Shown here: positions 45,305 through 54,410 of the stretch, one piece after another | Layout of the letters: the number at the start of each line of letters is the position of its first letter | Position numbering within the stretch: the stretch's first letter is position 1 | Assembly: GCA_028716385.1 (NCBI GenBank) | Contig: JAQUPX010000004.1 | Span: forward strand, 49,936 to 113,935 | Source: a bacterium | Lineage (GTDB): Bacteria; Hydrothermota; UBA3073; JACQXS01; JAQTXJ01 | DNA: 64,000 nt | Direction of reading: 5' to 3' | The notes under the pieces: model-generated | Database searches by the model: none | What the model saw: the letters and a program-made list of their open reading frames with translations, nothing else | Told to the model about the DNA's origin: nothing | Position numbers and translations under genes: made by a program

Positions 45305-47248
45305 TTATTTTTGTTTAATAAGCACGGGCAATAATTTTTTCAGTTCCGTATTTATTATTTTCCCGTCAATTGCGCCTACGAGTTTATGCATTAATTTTCC
45401 CATTAAAAATCTTTCCGTTCGTAGTTTAATGTTTTCTTTTTTCTTTGGTTTGTATAAAGTTTTTTTATGTTTTGCATAAGAATCTTTTATTTCCGATTGA
45501 AGTTGTTTGATGTTTACCGATTTGATTTTCAGGCTTTTAAAAGCTTTTTCAAAAGTAGTGCTGGGCATTTTTTCTAAAAGGACGGGGATTAATTCTTTTG
45601 CGAATTTTCTATTTTTATAAGCTTCAAACATTTTATATATTTCGGGTTGTGGTATATTATTTATATTTATGCCTTCCCTTTTCAGGTGTTTGAATTTCTG
45701 GATGATTGTGGCAGCGGTGAGGACGGGGTCTATTTTTAGATTTTTTACGATTTTATCAAAAAGGGTTGAGTATTTCGAAGTTATGAGAGGAATTATAGTA
45801 TCTTGAGGAAGATTCATCTGTCTGTATCGTTTTTCTCTATCCCATGGGAATTCGGGTATACCGGACATTATTTTTTTGATTCTTTGCGGGGAGACGGATA
45901 TCGGCGGGAGGTCAGTATCGGGATACATTCTATTAGGTCCCGGGAGTATTCTTTCGAAGCCGGTGGTGTTGTTTGCGAGAGCCTGTCGGGTTTCACTGGG
46001 AATACCTTCCATCGCTTCTTTTATACGGATTTCTATTTCTTTTATGGCCGTTTCGGAATCCTGTTTATCGCCCCAGACGATTATTATGGCGTCGGTTGAT
46101 TGGGCGGATAGTTTGGCGGATATGGTTTTCCACTCTTTCTGGGATAAGTTTTTGTTTTTAGTTTCGGAAGATATGATATTAGGAAGGGTATTGAGACAAG
46201 CGATAACTCTTACTCTGTCGGAGATTTCGTTCTCAAAAGTCTGTTCGGGTTGAGTGGGGTAGGAGAGGATATTTTTGAATTTAGGCAAGAGCAATGCATT
46301 TACGAGAAGGTCTTTTTTGATCACTTTTTGTATGGGGTCGTAGGTTGTATTTTTTAATAAATTCGAGATGTTTAGAGTTTTTATTTTATAAGATTTTTCG
46401 GATAGTTTTCTTTTTTTGAGTTCGGCTTTAATTTCGAGAAGGGCTTTCTGACGCATAGCTTCATTGTGGACGAGTTCGGGGATAAGAGGAATTCTGGATA
46501 CGCCTTTAATTTCTATACGGGTGCCGCCGGTGATGCTGACGTTTACGTCTTGTCTTGTGGCGCCGATACCCGTGCGGACTTTCCCGGTGACGCGTGTCAG
46601 GCGTCTGATAATTTGAGCTACTTCAGCGGCTTCGCGGGGATTTTTCATATCCGGGTAGGTAACGGTTTCAATAAGAGGCATACCGAGACGGTCTGTTTTG
46701 TATATCCTTAAATGCCCTTTATCGGATATTTCCCTGCAGGCATCTTCTTCAAGACCGAGCTGGCGGATTTGAATTTTTCTGTTTTTGTAGGGTATAGTGC
46801 CTTCGATCCCGACGATAGTAGTTCGTTGGAAGCCTGTCGGGATGCTTCCGTCGAGGTATTGTTTTCTTGCGATATGAAGTTCGCTAACTAGATTGCATTT
46901 AAGGAGGATTGCAATTTCGAGGGCAATATCAAGGGCTTCGTCATTGAGTGGGAACGGGGGAGTATCATCGAATTCGTAGGTGCAAGCAGTTTCGTGGTTT
47001 AATCGATAGAGAATATTCTTTTTTGTTTTGAATTCCATAAGGGCGGTTCCGTCGTAAACACCGAGTTCCGAGAGAGTAGGGCGCATATGCCTGAGAATTT
47101 CGGCATCGTATTCGTTGGTGTAGCGACCTGCGGGGCAGTGGCAGAAGAGTTTTTCTTTAGTAAAGAGTTGCTGGTGGATTTCGAGACCGCATTTGAAGCC
47201 GAGTTTTTCGTATTCCTTGTCAGTTAGTTCGCCAAATTTTTTTACCAT
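45305..47248 (-). CDS. gatE: Glutamyl-tRNA(Gln) amidotransferase subunit E (archaeal-type)
   Basis: KCGLEIHQQL...LFCHCP, RHMRPTLSELG, RKQYLDGSIPTGFQRT, LGLEEDACRE, RQDVNVSI: GatE-type (not GatB-type) motif spacing plus an inserted domain. 2-nt gap to gatD. Confidence 0.85.
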   Translation of the reverse strand: MVKKFGELTDKEYEKLGFKCGLEIHQQLFTKEKLFCHCPAGRYTNEYDAEILRHMRPTLSELGVYDGTALMEFKTKKNILYRLNHETACTYEFDDTPPFPLNDEALDIALEIAILLKCNLVSELHIARKQYLDGSIPTGFQRTTIVGIEGTIPYKNRKIQIRQLGLEEDACREISDKGHLRIYKTDRLGMPLIETVTYPDMKNPREAAEVAQIIRRLTRVTGKVRTGIGATRQDVNVSITGGTRIEIKGVSRIPLIPELVHNEAMRQKALLEIKAELKKRKLSEKSYKIKTLNISNLLKNTTYDPIQKVIKKDLLVNALLLPKFKNILSYPTQPEQTFENEISDRVRVIACLNTLPNIISSETKNKNLSQKEWKTISAKLSAQSTDAIIIVWGDKQDSETAIKEIEIRIKEAMEGIPSETRQALANNTTGFERILPGPNRMYPDTDLPPISVSPQRIKKIMSGIPEFPWDREKRYRQMNLPQDTIIPLITSKYSTLFDKIVKNLKIDPVLTAATIIQKFKHLKREGININNIPQPEIYKMFEAYKNRKFAKELIPVLLEKMPSTTFEKAFKSLKIKSVNIKQLQSEIKDSYAKHKKTLYKPKKKENIKLRTERFLMGKLMHKLVGAIDGKIINTELKKLLPVLIKQK

Positions 47249-47478
47249 TATTTTTTATAGATGAATAAGATTATATTGCATTTTTTTCGCAGTTGTCAAA
47301 TGTTTTTTTAGGAGAGAAGGAAGAAGTGGAAAGTTAAGGGTAAATAGTAAAAAGTAGGGGGAGGAATAGAACAAAGTGGAGTGTGCGATTTTTGCCGACA
47401 GTAGGGGGTGTTCATAATATTTTTCCTCCCGGTAAAAAAGGATAAAAAGATAGGCTAGATTCCAGTATATTTTTATTC

Positions 47479-47507
47479 TTGACTTAATATATAGAATGTA
47501 TTATGTT
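47479..47507 (+). promoter_or_regulatory. Putative htrA promoter (TTGACT-N17-TATGTT)
   Basis: Hexamers with 17-nt spacing, 65 nt upstream of the htrA ATG. Confidence 0.45.
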
Positions 47508-47535
47508 AAGATAATCAAATAAAAAAGAAAAAATC

Positions 47536-47552
47536 ATCCTGTATAACAGGAT
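47536..47552. promoter_or_regulatory. Perfect palindrome ATCCTGT-ATA-ACAGGAT in the htrA leader
   Basis: 7-bp arms between the putative promoter and the SD. Could be an operator or a leader hairpin. Confidence 0.35.
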
Positions 47553-47571
47553 ATTCCGAGAAGGGGGGAAG

Positions 47572-49041
47572 ATGAAAAGAAGTTTAGTTGCGGCATTATT
47601 AGTGATACCTGCGTTGTTGTGTGGTGAACCACCCAAAACGGCGATAAGCGGTTCATTGCCAATTACTTCAGAAGGGAAAAGTCCATTTGTTAATATAGCA
47701 AAAGAATTAATGCCAACGGTTGTAAGTATTTCGGCCGAAAAAACAGTGAACGTGAAAGATCCTATTTCTGAATTTTTTGGAGGAACACCGGATGATTTTT
47801 TAAGACAATTTATGCCGGAACTTGGACCCCGGAAAAGACGGCAGACACTTTCAGGGCTTGGTTCGGGATTTATCATATCGGAAGATGGGTATATTCTTAC
47901 GAATAATCATGTAATAAGCGGGGCATCATCACTTACCGTAAAAATGATGGATGAAAAAGAATATAAAGCTAAAGTAATGGGAGGCGATCCTGTGACGGAC
48001 ATAGCGCTTTTAAAAATAGATGTCAAAGGACTCCCATACGCAAGATTGGGAAATTCGGATGAGATTGAAGTCGGGGATTGGGTTATGGCAATAGGAAACC
48101 CGTTCCAACTTTTTGGAACGGTTACGGTTGGAGTTGTTTCGGCAAAAGACAGACGGGATATTGGTATGGGATACGAAGACGGTGGAGGTCCAAAAATACA
48201 AGATTTTATCCAGACAGATGCAGCGATAAACCCTGGCAATTCCGGAGGTCCGCTTGTAAACCTTAAAGGAGAAGTGATAGGTATAAATGCTGCCATAAAA
48301 ACAAGTGGCAGTATGACTGGTAGTGGTATAGTAGGGAATATAGGAATCGGGTTTGCAGTTCCTATAAATATGGCGCAAAAAGTAAAATCCGACTTAATAC
48401 AATATAAAGAAGTAAAGAGAGGATGGTTAGGTGTTTCGTACAACGGAGGAGTAACTAGCGATCTGGCAGAAGCTTATGGATTTAAGGATACAGAAGCGGG
48501 GATACTAGTAACTTCTGTTTTTGCCGGTTCGCCTGCAGAAAAAGCCGGTATAAAAGAAGAAGATATACTTGTTGAATGGGATGGCAAAAAGATTAATTAT
48601 AAAAATTTTGCAAATATAGTTATACAAACTCCACTTAACAAAAAAATAGCTGTAAAAATATTCAGGGACAAGGCATTTCAGACTGTATTTGTAACGGTTG
48701 GAGAGAAACCTGCAGAAATGAAAGAAACAGCGGAACCGCAAAGAGTGGAGAAATGGTTGGATATGGATGTTGTTTCCGTAAAGAGTCAGGAAGCAGAAAG
48801 ATTAAATATTAAAGTATCTTCCGGGGTAGTCGTAGCGAATATAGATGAAGGGGCGCTTGCATATGAGGCAGGGATAAGAACGGGAGACGTAATAACAAAA
48901 ATAGGAAATAAAGAAATAAAAAATCTACAGGATTATGAATCGGCGCATTCTACATACGGTAAAACTAAAGTGCCTATTGTGTTTAAATTAAAGAGGGGAG
49001 ATGCTAAAGCAATAGTTGCTTTTAGCCCCAATCAGAAATAA
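47572..49041 (+). CDS. htrA: HtrA/DegP-family periplasmic serine endoprotease with two PDZ domains
   Basis: Triad contexts LTNNHV, DIALLKI, GNSGGPLV. Two PDZ-like segments (GILVTSV..GSPAEKAGI; GVVVANI..GALAYEAGI). GAAGGGGGGAAG SD. Confidence 0.9.
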   Translation: MKRSLVAALLVIPALLCGEPPKTAISGSLPITSEGKSPFVNIAKELMPTVVSISAEKTVNVKDPISEFFGGTPDDFLRQFMPELGPRKRRQTLSGLGSGFIISEDGYILTNNHVISGASSLTVKMMDEKEYKAKVMGGDPVTDIALLKIDVKGLPYARLGNSDEIEVGDWVMAIGNPFQLFGTVTVGVVSAKDRRDIGMGYEDGGGPKIQDFIQTDAAINPGNSGGPLVNLKGEVIGINAAIKTSGSMTGSGIVGNIGIGFAVPINMAQKVKSDLIQYKEVKRGWLGVSYNGGVTSDLAEAYGFKDTEAGILVTSVFAGSPAEKAGIKEEDILVEWDGKKINYKNFANIVIQTPLNKKIAVKIFRDKAFQTVFVTVGEKPAEMKETAEPQRVEKWLDMDVVSVKSQEAERLNIKVSSGVVVANIDEGALAYEAGIRTGDVITKIGNKEIKNLQDYESAHSTYGKTKVPIVFKLKRGDAKAIVAFSPNQK

Positions 49042-49090
49042 TTAAACGGAAAATTACGAATCGTTAATAGTGTATTAGTGTAATCGTTAA

Positions 49091-49906
49091 TTGGAACAAA
49101 ATAGAGCCTTAAAGATGAAAGAACAAAAAAGTTGTGGTTTTTTTCAGAGTGTTCCTAGAACCGCCCCTTTATCATATGAAGAGGAGAGAGAGTATATAAA
49201 GAAGATAAAGAAAGGGGACAAAGAAGCAAAAGATAAATTTGTAAGGTTGAAGATTAGTTCAGTTGTGAGACTTGCACATTTATACAAGGGACGGGGAGTA
49301 GACATTGAAGACCTTATGCTTGAAGGGACTATAGGACTTTTAAAAGCGTTGGAAAAATACGATTTAAGGAAAAAAGTAAGATTTATTTCGTATGCTGTGT
49401 GGTGGATAAAGCATTATATATTGAGGACGATTTATGATGGGGCAAAATCAATCAGAATTCCGATAAAGAAACAATTAGATAAATCTGCAATCAGGGGAAT
49501 GGAAGAAGAATTATCAAAATTATTTGGGAGATTACCCACAACGGAAGAAATATCAAGGGCATTAGGAATTAGTGTAAAAGATGTAGAAGAGGCGATGGAT
49601 TTAGCGGAATCTGCAATTTCGCTTGATACTATGATAGGCGAGAAAACGACAATAGGCGATGTTATGGGAACGGATATGGATATACTTGAGAATAATGCAC
49701 TAATGTCGGTGTATATTAACGAAATCAAAGAAAACATAGATAAATTAAATAAAGTAGAAAGAACGATTATTCGTTTGAGATTTGGACTTGGAGGTGGAGC
49801 TGCTTATACATTGCAACAGGTTGGGAGTATATTAAATCTTTCTCGTGAGCGTATAAGACAGATAGAAAAACGAGCTATTATTAAGTTGAGAAGGACACTT
49901 GGATGA
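49091..49906 (+). CDS. RNA polymerase sigma factor, sigma-70 family
   Basis: Region 2 (DLMLEGTIGLLKALEKYD, FISYAVWWIKHYI), region 3, and region 4.2 (LSRERIRQIEKRAIIKLR). TTG track start; ATG at 49115 is an alternative. Confidence 0.8.
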   Translation: MEQNRALKMKEQKSCGFFQSVPRTAPLSYEEEREYIKKIKKGDKEAKDKFVRLKISSVVRLAHLYKGRGVDIEDLMLEGTIGLLKALEKYDLRKKVRFISYAVWWIKHYILRTIYDGAKSIRIPIKKQLDKSAIRGMEEELSKLFGRLPTTEEISRALGISVKDVEEAMDLAESAISLDTMIGEKTTIGDVMGTDMDILENNALMSVYINEIKENIDKLNKVERTIIRLRFGLGGGAAYTLQQVGSILNLSRERIRQIEKRAIIKLRRTLG

Positions 49907-50706
49907 AAATAACGATAATCCCCCATAACACTTCAAACATAAAGACATTCAGGATTCGGAAGTTCTGGGTTGTTGTATTGGTAGTTCTTATTGTGCTTCC
50001 TATTATAAGCAGGTGCTTTTTGCCGAAAGGTTTTTTGAATTCATCTGCAATAGAAGATATGAATAATCATCTGGAGAGCAGTTTGAATGTCTGTTATGAA
50101 GAATATGGAAAAATAAGCGCATATTACAAAAATGTTTTATCTAAAGTTAATCGTATAGATAGGTTTCAAACGGTTACAAATATCTCTCGGGCAAATGAGA
50201 AAATGATTGGCATAGATGAACTCCTTGGGGAATTGAAAGATTCTAAATATATTTTGAATAAAGTTGAGCAGAAATTAACGGATGATGGAGATATTGGCGT
50301 GAGTATTCCCTGCATTTTACCGACAAATGGGTTTGTAATCCAAACTTTTGGCAAAACAAAATACATATTTACCGGGGAAGAAAGATATTCACAGGGGATA
50401 GACATTGCAGTATCGGAAGGTAGCGCAATATTCGCTACCGGTGCCGGGCGGGTTGAATATGCAGGTTTTTCTCCAAATTCGGGTTTAACAGTTCGTATTA
50501 ATCATAATTATGGTTTTGAGACTACATATTCACATCTTGGATTATTGAAAGTAAGTAAAGGGCAAACAGTCAAAAGAAATCAGGTGATTGGTTATGCCGG
50601 GAAAACCGGAAAAACCGTTGGGCCAAGATTGCATTATGAAGTATGGAGAGAAGGTAGAGCTAAAAATCCTGTTGATTACATAGTGCAGGAAATTAGATAT
50701 TTTTAG
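49903..50706 (+). CDS. M23 family metallopeptidase (MepM/NlpD-like)
   Basis: TM anchor, coiled region, HQGIDIA-type motif (SQGIDIAV), YSHL, GKTGKTVGPRLHYEV. ATGA overlap with the sigma factor gene. Confidence 0.8.
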   Translation: MKITIIPHNTSNIKTFRIRKFWVVVLVVLIVLPIISRCFLPKGFLNSSAIEDMNNHLESSLNVCYEEYGKISAYYKNVLSKVNRIDRFQTVTNISRANEKMIGIDELLGELKDSKYILNKVEQKLTDDGDIGVSIPCILPTNGFVIQTFGKTKYIFTGEERYSQGIDIAVSEGSAIFATGAGRVEYAGFSPNSGLTVRINHNYGFETTYSHLGLLKVSKGQTVKRNQVIGYAGKTGKTVGPRLHYEVWREGRAKNPVDYIVQEIRYF

Positions 50707-50731
50707 TTCCGCCGGAAGAAACGGGAGGAAA

Positions 50732-51160
50732 ATGGAAGAGGATACATTGCTGATTATAAAACCGGATGCCGTATCTGCCGGAACTGATGAAAAGATACTT
50801 GAGCGGATAAAAATAGAAGGTTTTGAAGTTATTGAAATGAAATATGCAGAACTTTCATTGGAAGATGCATCAAGATTCTATGCCGTTCATTATGGGAAAG
50901 AATTTTACGACAGACTGATAAAATTTATGAGTTCGGGGAAAATTAAAGTATGTCATTTACGAAGGATGAATGCTATAAAGCATTTAAGAGGAATAGTGGG
51001 CGCTACAGACCCTAAGGATGCAGTCCCCGGAACATTAAGAAAACAATTCGGCACAAATGGGTGTGTTAATGCGGTGCATGCTTCGGATTCTGTGGCCACT
51101 GCAAAAGAAGAAATAGCATTTTTTTTCAATCCCGGTCCGCCAGAGGCGGAGATAAGCTAG
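50732..51160 (+). CDS. ndk: Nucleoside-diphosphate kinase
   Basis: LLIIKPDAV, GATDP, NAVHASDS (active-site His). Atypical C-terminal tail NPGPPEAEIS encoded by a hairpin repeat. Confidence 0.9.
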   Translation: MEEDTLLIIKPDAVSAGTDEKILERIKIEGFEVIEMKYAELSLEDASRFYAVHYGKEFYDRLIKFMSSGKIKVCHLRRMNAIKHLRGIVGATDPKDAVPGTLRKQFGTNGCVNAVHASDSVATAKEEIAFFFNPGPPEAEIS

Positions 51161-51204
51161 AGTCCCGATAGCGGGATAGGAACCTCTAATCCGCCAGAGG
51201 CGGA
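51136..51204 (+). repeat. Three small GC-rich hairpins at the ndk 3' end (TCCGCCAGAGGCGGA x2 flanking TCCCGATAGCGGGA)
   Basis: The 15-nt unit at 51136-51150 (inside the ndk C-terminus) is repeated exactly at 51190-51204. Confidence 0.7.
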
Positions 51205-51254
51205 AAGATCTTCCTATAATGTTTTTGACAAAACAAACTCTAACTAACAAAAAA

Positions 51255-53216
51255 ATGAGCAATATAAAAAGAGCAGTTTTTGTAACGGTAGTAATTTGCG
51301 GCTTTCTTATGGGATTTGGCGGAGCAATGATTTACAGAATCAGTCGAAATTTACCTTCCGTGGATTTACTTGAGACTTACAGGGCATTGAGTTCAAAGGT
51401 TTATGACAGGAATAAACGTATAATTTACGAGTTTTATGAAGAAAAACGAATTCCGGTAAAACTTGAAAATATCCCCACGGAAATAATAAAAGCAACCATT
51501 TGTATGGAAGATAGAAATTTCTACAAACATCATGGTTTTGATATCGGCGGTTTTAGCAGAGCAATAATACTAAACGCTTTTCCTTCGCGGAGCGCGCAGG
51601 GCGGTTCTACAATAACACAACAGCTTGCCAAAAACTTGTTTCTGACTTTTGATAAAAGCGTTCTACGTAAAGCAAAGGAATTGATTCTGGCTATTCGTAT
51701 AGAAAGGGTTTATACAAAAGATGAAATACTTGAACTTTACTTTAATCAAATTTATTACGGGAATGGAGCTTATGGCATAGAAACTGCCGCACAAACTTAT
51801 TTTGGAAAACACGTAAATCAATTGAAACTTTATGAATATGCATTGTTGATAGGTTTGCCCAAATACCCGGCAAAATATAACCCATATACTAATCTTGCAA
51901 ATGCTACCGGGCGCAGAAATCTTGTTATTAGCGTATTGGCACAGAGTGGAGTAATTAGTAAAGAAGAAGCGGAATTTGCAAAAAAAGTACCGATTAAAGT
52001 ATTTAAACAGACTTTTGTTCGCGGAACAGGAGCATATTTTATAGAAGAAATAAGAAAATGGGTATCCGCACAATTTGGGACGGATGAACTTTATAGAGGC
52101 GGTATTTCAATATATACGACTCTGGATGGAAGTTTTCAACAAGCTGCAGACTCAGTTGTAAAAAATGGCTTAATATCAATAGGGACAAGATTTAAATCCA
52201 GAGATACTACGTTGCCTTTACAAACGGCGCTTTTAGTTATGGACCCAAATACAGGGGGAATACTGGCAGAAGTCGGAGGCAAAGAATTCGGAAAAAGTAC
52301 TTTTAATCGGGCAATTCTGGGAGAAAGACAGGCGGGCTCCGCCTTTAAACCATTTGTGTGGACGGCAGCGCTTGAATCAGGATATACGCCTGCATCAGTC
52401 GTAGAAGATGCCCCAATAGCCATTAAAGACTGGGGGAATAAAACATATAGGCCCGGTAATTATGACGAGGAGTTTCTGGGGCCAATTACTCTACGTAAGG
52501 CTTTAGCGTTATCAAGAAATTTAGTCTCCGTAAGGCTTATTATGGATATTGGACCGGAAAAGGTAATTAGTTATGCTCGCAGAATGGGAATAACTTCGAA
52601 ATTAGACCCGGTTATTTCATTATCTTTGGGATGTAGTTCCATAAGTTTACTTGATATGGTAACTGCGTATGGAACCTTTGCCACTGGAGGAATAAGGGTT
52701 ACACCGTATATGATAGAAAAAATAACTGACCTGGATGGAGCTGTTTTATATAAAAGGCCACAGTTATTTAAAGACCGTGTTTTATCTCCACAAATAGCAT
52801 ATCTTATGACAAGTATGCTGCAAAGCGTTGTGAATGAAGGAACAGGAATAAAAATAAGGAATTCAGGACTTGAAGGTCCCATAGCAGGAAAAACTGGGAC
52901 ATCCGATGAATATGGAGATACATGGTTTCTTGGATTTACCCCGGATATGGTTTGCGGTGTTTGGGTAGGTTATGATACGCCCAAAAAGATAGGTTACAAG
53001 GCTACCGGAGCTGAAGTTGCGTTACCTATCTGGATATCATTTATGAAAGAAGCCCTGAGAAATAAACAGGTGAACGATTTCCCGGTACCTTCAGGACTTG
53101 TATGGAAAGATATATGCAAGAAATGTGGTAACCTTGCAGGTCGTAGCTCAACGGCTGTCAGAACGGAAGTTTTTATTGAAGGAACTGAACCAACGGAATT
53201 TTGTAGCTGCAGGTGA
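51255..53216 (+). CDS. mrcA: Penicillin-binding protein 1A (bifunctional glycosyltransferase/transpeptidase)
   Basis: GT51 motifs EDRNFYKHHGFD, GGSTITQQLAKN, RKAKELILAIRIE. Transpeptidase motifs SAFKP, SRN, KTGT. Start chosen at the Met before the TM helix. Confidence 0.9.
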   Translation: MSNIKRAVFVTVVICGFLMGFGGAMIYRISRNLPSVDLLETYRALSSKVYDRNKRIIYEFYEEKRIPVKLENIPTEIIKATICMEDRNFYKHHGFDIGGFSRAIILNAFPSRSAQGGSTITQQLAKNLFLTFDKSVLRKAKELILAIRIERVYTKDEILELYFNQIYYGNGAYGIETAAQTYFGKHVNQLKLYEYALLIGLPKYPAKYNPYTNLANATGRRNLVISVLAQSGVISKEEAEFAKKVPIKVFKQTFVRGTGAYFIEEIRKWVSAQFGTDELYRGGISIYTTLDGSFQQAADSVVKNGLISIGTRFKSRDTTLPLQTALLVMDPNTGGILAEVGGKEFGKSTFNRAILGERQAGSAFKPFVWTAALESGYTPASVVEDAPIAIKDWGNKTYRPGNYDEEFLGPITLRKALALSRNLVSVRLIMDIGPEKVISYARRMGITSKLDPVISLSLGCSSISLLDMVTAYGTFATGGIRVTPYMIEKITDLDGAVLYKRPQLFKDRVLSPQIAYLMTSMLQSVVNEGTGIKIRNSGLEGPIAGKTGTSDEYGDTWFLGFTPDMVCGVWVGYDTPKKIGYKATGAEVALPIWISFMKEALRNKQVNDFPVPSGLVWKDICKKCGNLAGRSSTAVRTEVFIEGTEPTEFCSCR

Positions 53217-53218
53217 TT

Positions 53219-54133
53219 ATGGAGAAAAAAGATTTAGTTATCATTGGAGCCGGACCGGCCGGACTTACGGCAGGCATTTATGCCCAAAGAGCAAAATTAA
53301 ATACCGTTATCCTTGAAAAATATATAACGGGCGGGATTGCAGTAAATACCGATGTAATAGAAAATTATCCCGGTTTTAACGAGATAAGTGGGTTTGAATT
53401 GATGCAGAAAATGGAAGAACAGGCAAGAGCTATCGGCGTGAACATAGTCCCGGAAGAAGTTCAAACATTGGAAATACGAGATAACGTGAAAATTGTAAAG
53501 ACATCAAAAAATGAATATGAAACGTCCGCGATAATAATTGCAACAGGGACGCATTATAAAAAATTGAATATCCCCGGGGAAGAAAAGTTTTTTGGCAGGG
53601 GAATATCCTATTGCGCTATTTGTGATGGGCCGTTGTATAAAAATAAAAATATAGCCGTCATCGGATGCGGAAATTCAGGCATACAGGAAGGGTTGTTCCT
53701 GCTTAAATTCGTCAATCATATTACGTTTGTTGAGTTTTTGCCTTTTATTGCAGCAGACAAAACTTTGCAGGAAAGAATTAAAAAACATACTAAAACAAAA
53801 TTTTATCTTTCGCATAAACTTGTAAGCGTAAATGGGGATAAAGGAGTTGAGTCCATTACTATCGAAGGTGACGGGGAAGAAAAAAACATAGACGTTGCCG
53901 GTGTATTTATTTTTGCAGGTTTGACTCCTAATACCGCTTTTGTGAAGGATGTTGTGAAATTAGATAACAAAAGATATATAATGACAAACGACAATCTTGA
54001 GACTTCGGTCCCCGGTGTTTTTGCTGCAGGCGATGTCAGGGAAAAACGATTCCGTCAAGTCGTAACCGCAGCAGGTGACGGGGCGTTAGCAGCATTCTCT
54101 GCAGAACTGTATATAGAGAAAAATCAAGCGTAG
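53219..54133 (+). CDS. trxB: Thioredoxin-disulfide reductase
   Basis: IIGAGPAGLTAG, redox CAICDG, GCGNSG, AAGDV. Confidence 0.9.
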   Translation: MEKKDLVIIGAGPAGLTAGIYAQRAKLNTVILEKYITGGIAVNTDVIENYPGFNEISGFELMQKMEEQARAIGVNIVPEEVQTLEIRDNVKIVKTSKNEYETSAIIIATGTHYKKLNIPGEEKFFGRGISYCAICDGPLYKNKNIAVIGCGNSGIQEGLFLLKFVNHITFVEFLPFIAADKTLQERIKKHTKTKFYLSHKLVSVNGDKGVESITIEGDGEEKNIDVAGVFIFAGLTPNTAFVKDVVKLDNKRYIMTNDNLETSVPGVFAAGDVREKRFRQVVTAAGDGALAAFSAELYIEKNQA

Positions 54134-54257
54134 CAAGGTATTCATCGGAGATGGAGTGGTTCTTGATTTTAGTATTGGGAATATTACTTACCTTTAGGGC
54201 GGGAGATGGGAAACGAAAAGAAATGTGTAGTCCGAAATAATCAGAAGTATTTAAATT

Positions 54258-54277
54258 ACCCCGTCCTTTAGGACGGG
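54258..54277. other. Strong 8-bp GC hairpin CCCCGTCC-TTTA-GGACGGGG in the trxB/aldolase spacer
   Basis: Isolated GC-rich stem 125 nt after trxB. No T-run on the plus strand. Confidence 0.4.
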
Positions 54278-54410
54278 GGGAAACGGAGTGAAAAGAACAA
54301 CGGGCTTTAGCCCAAAATAATAGCAAAAATGGGATATATTAAAGTTTGGGTTTACCTTGGTTGGACGGGGTAAGTTTAAAAAAGAGTTTAAGAGAATACA
54401 ATTAGGAGGG

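Noticed and set aside
44628-45479. 283-aa plus-strand ORF spanning the gatD/gatE junction
   Set aside because: It lies antisense to two confidently recognised genes. Its sequence is low-complexity (F/G/R-rich) with no motifs. It is a typical shadow ORF.
43920-47248. Idea that the whole contig is archaeal because of GatDE, Ogg2 and the archaeal-type aldolase
   Set aside because: Lnt, a SPOR domain protein, class A PBP, a sigma-70 factor, HolA, NrdR, AccBC and T9SS sorting domains on the same contig are bacterial hallmarks.
47484-47876. 130-aa minus-strand ORF over the htrA promoter and 5' end
   Set aside because: It overlaps the well-supported htrA start, SD and promoter, and has no motifs.
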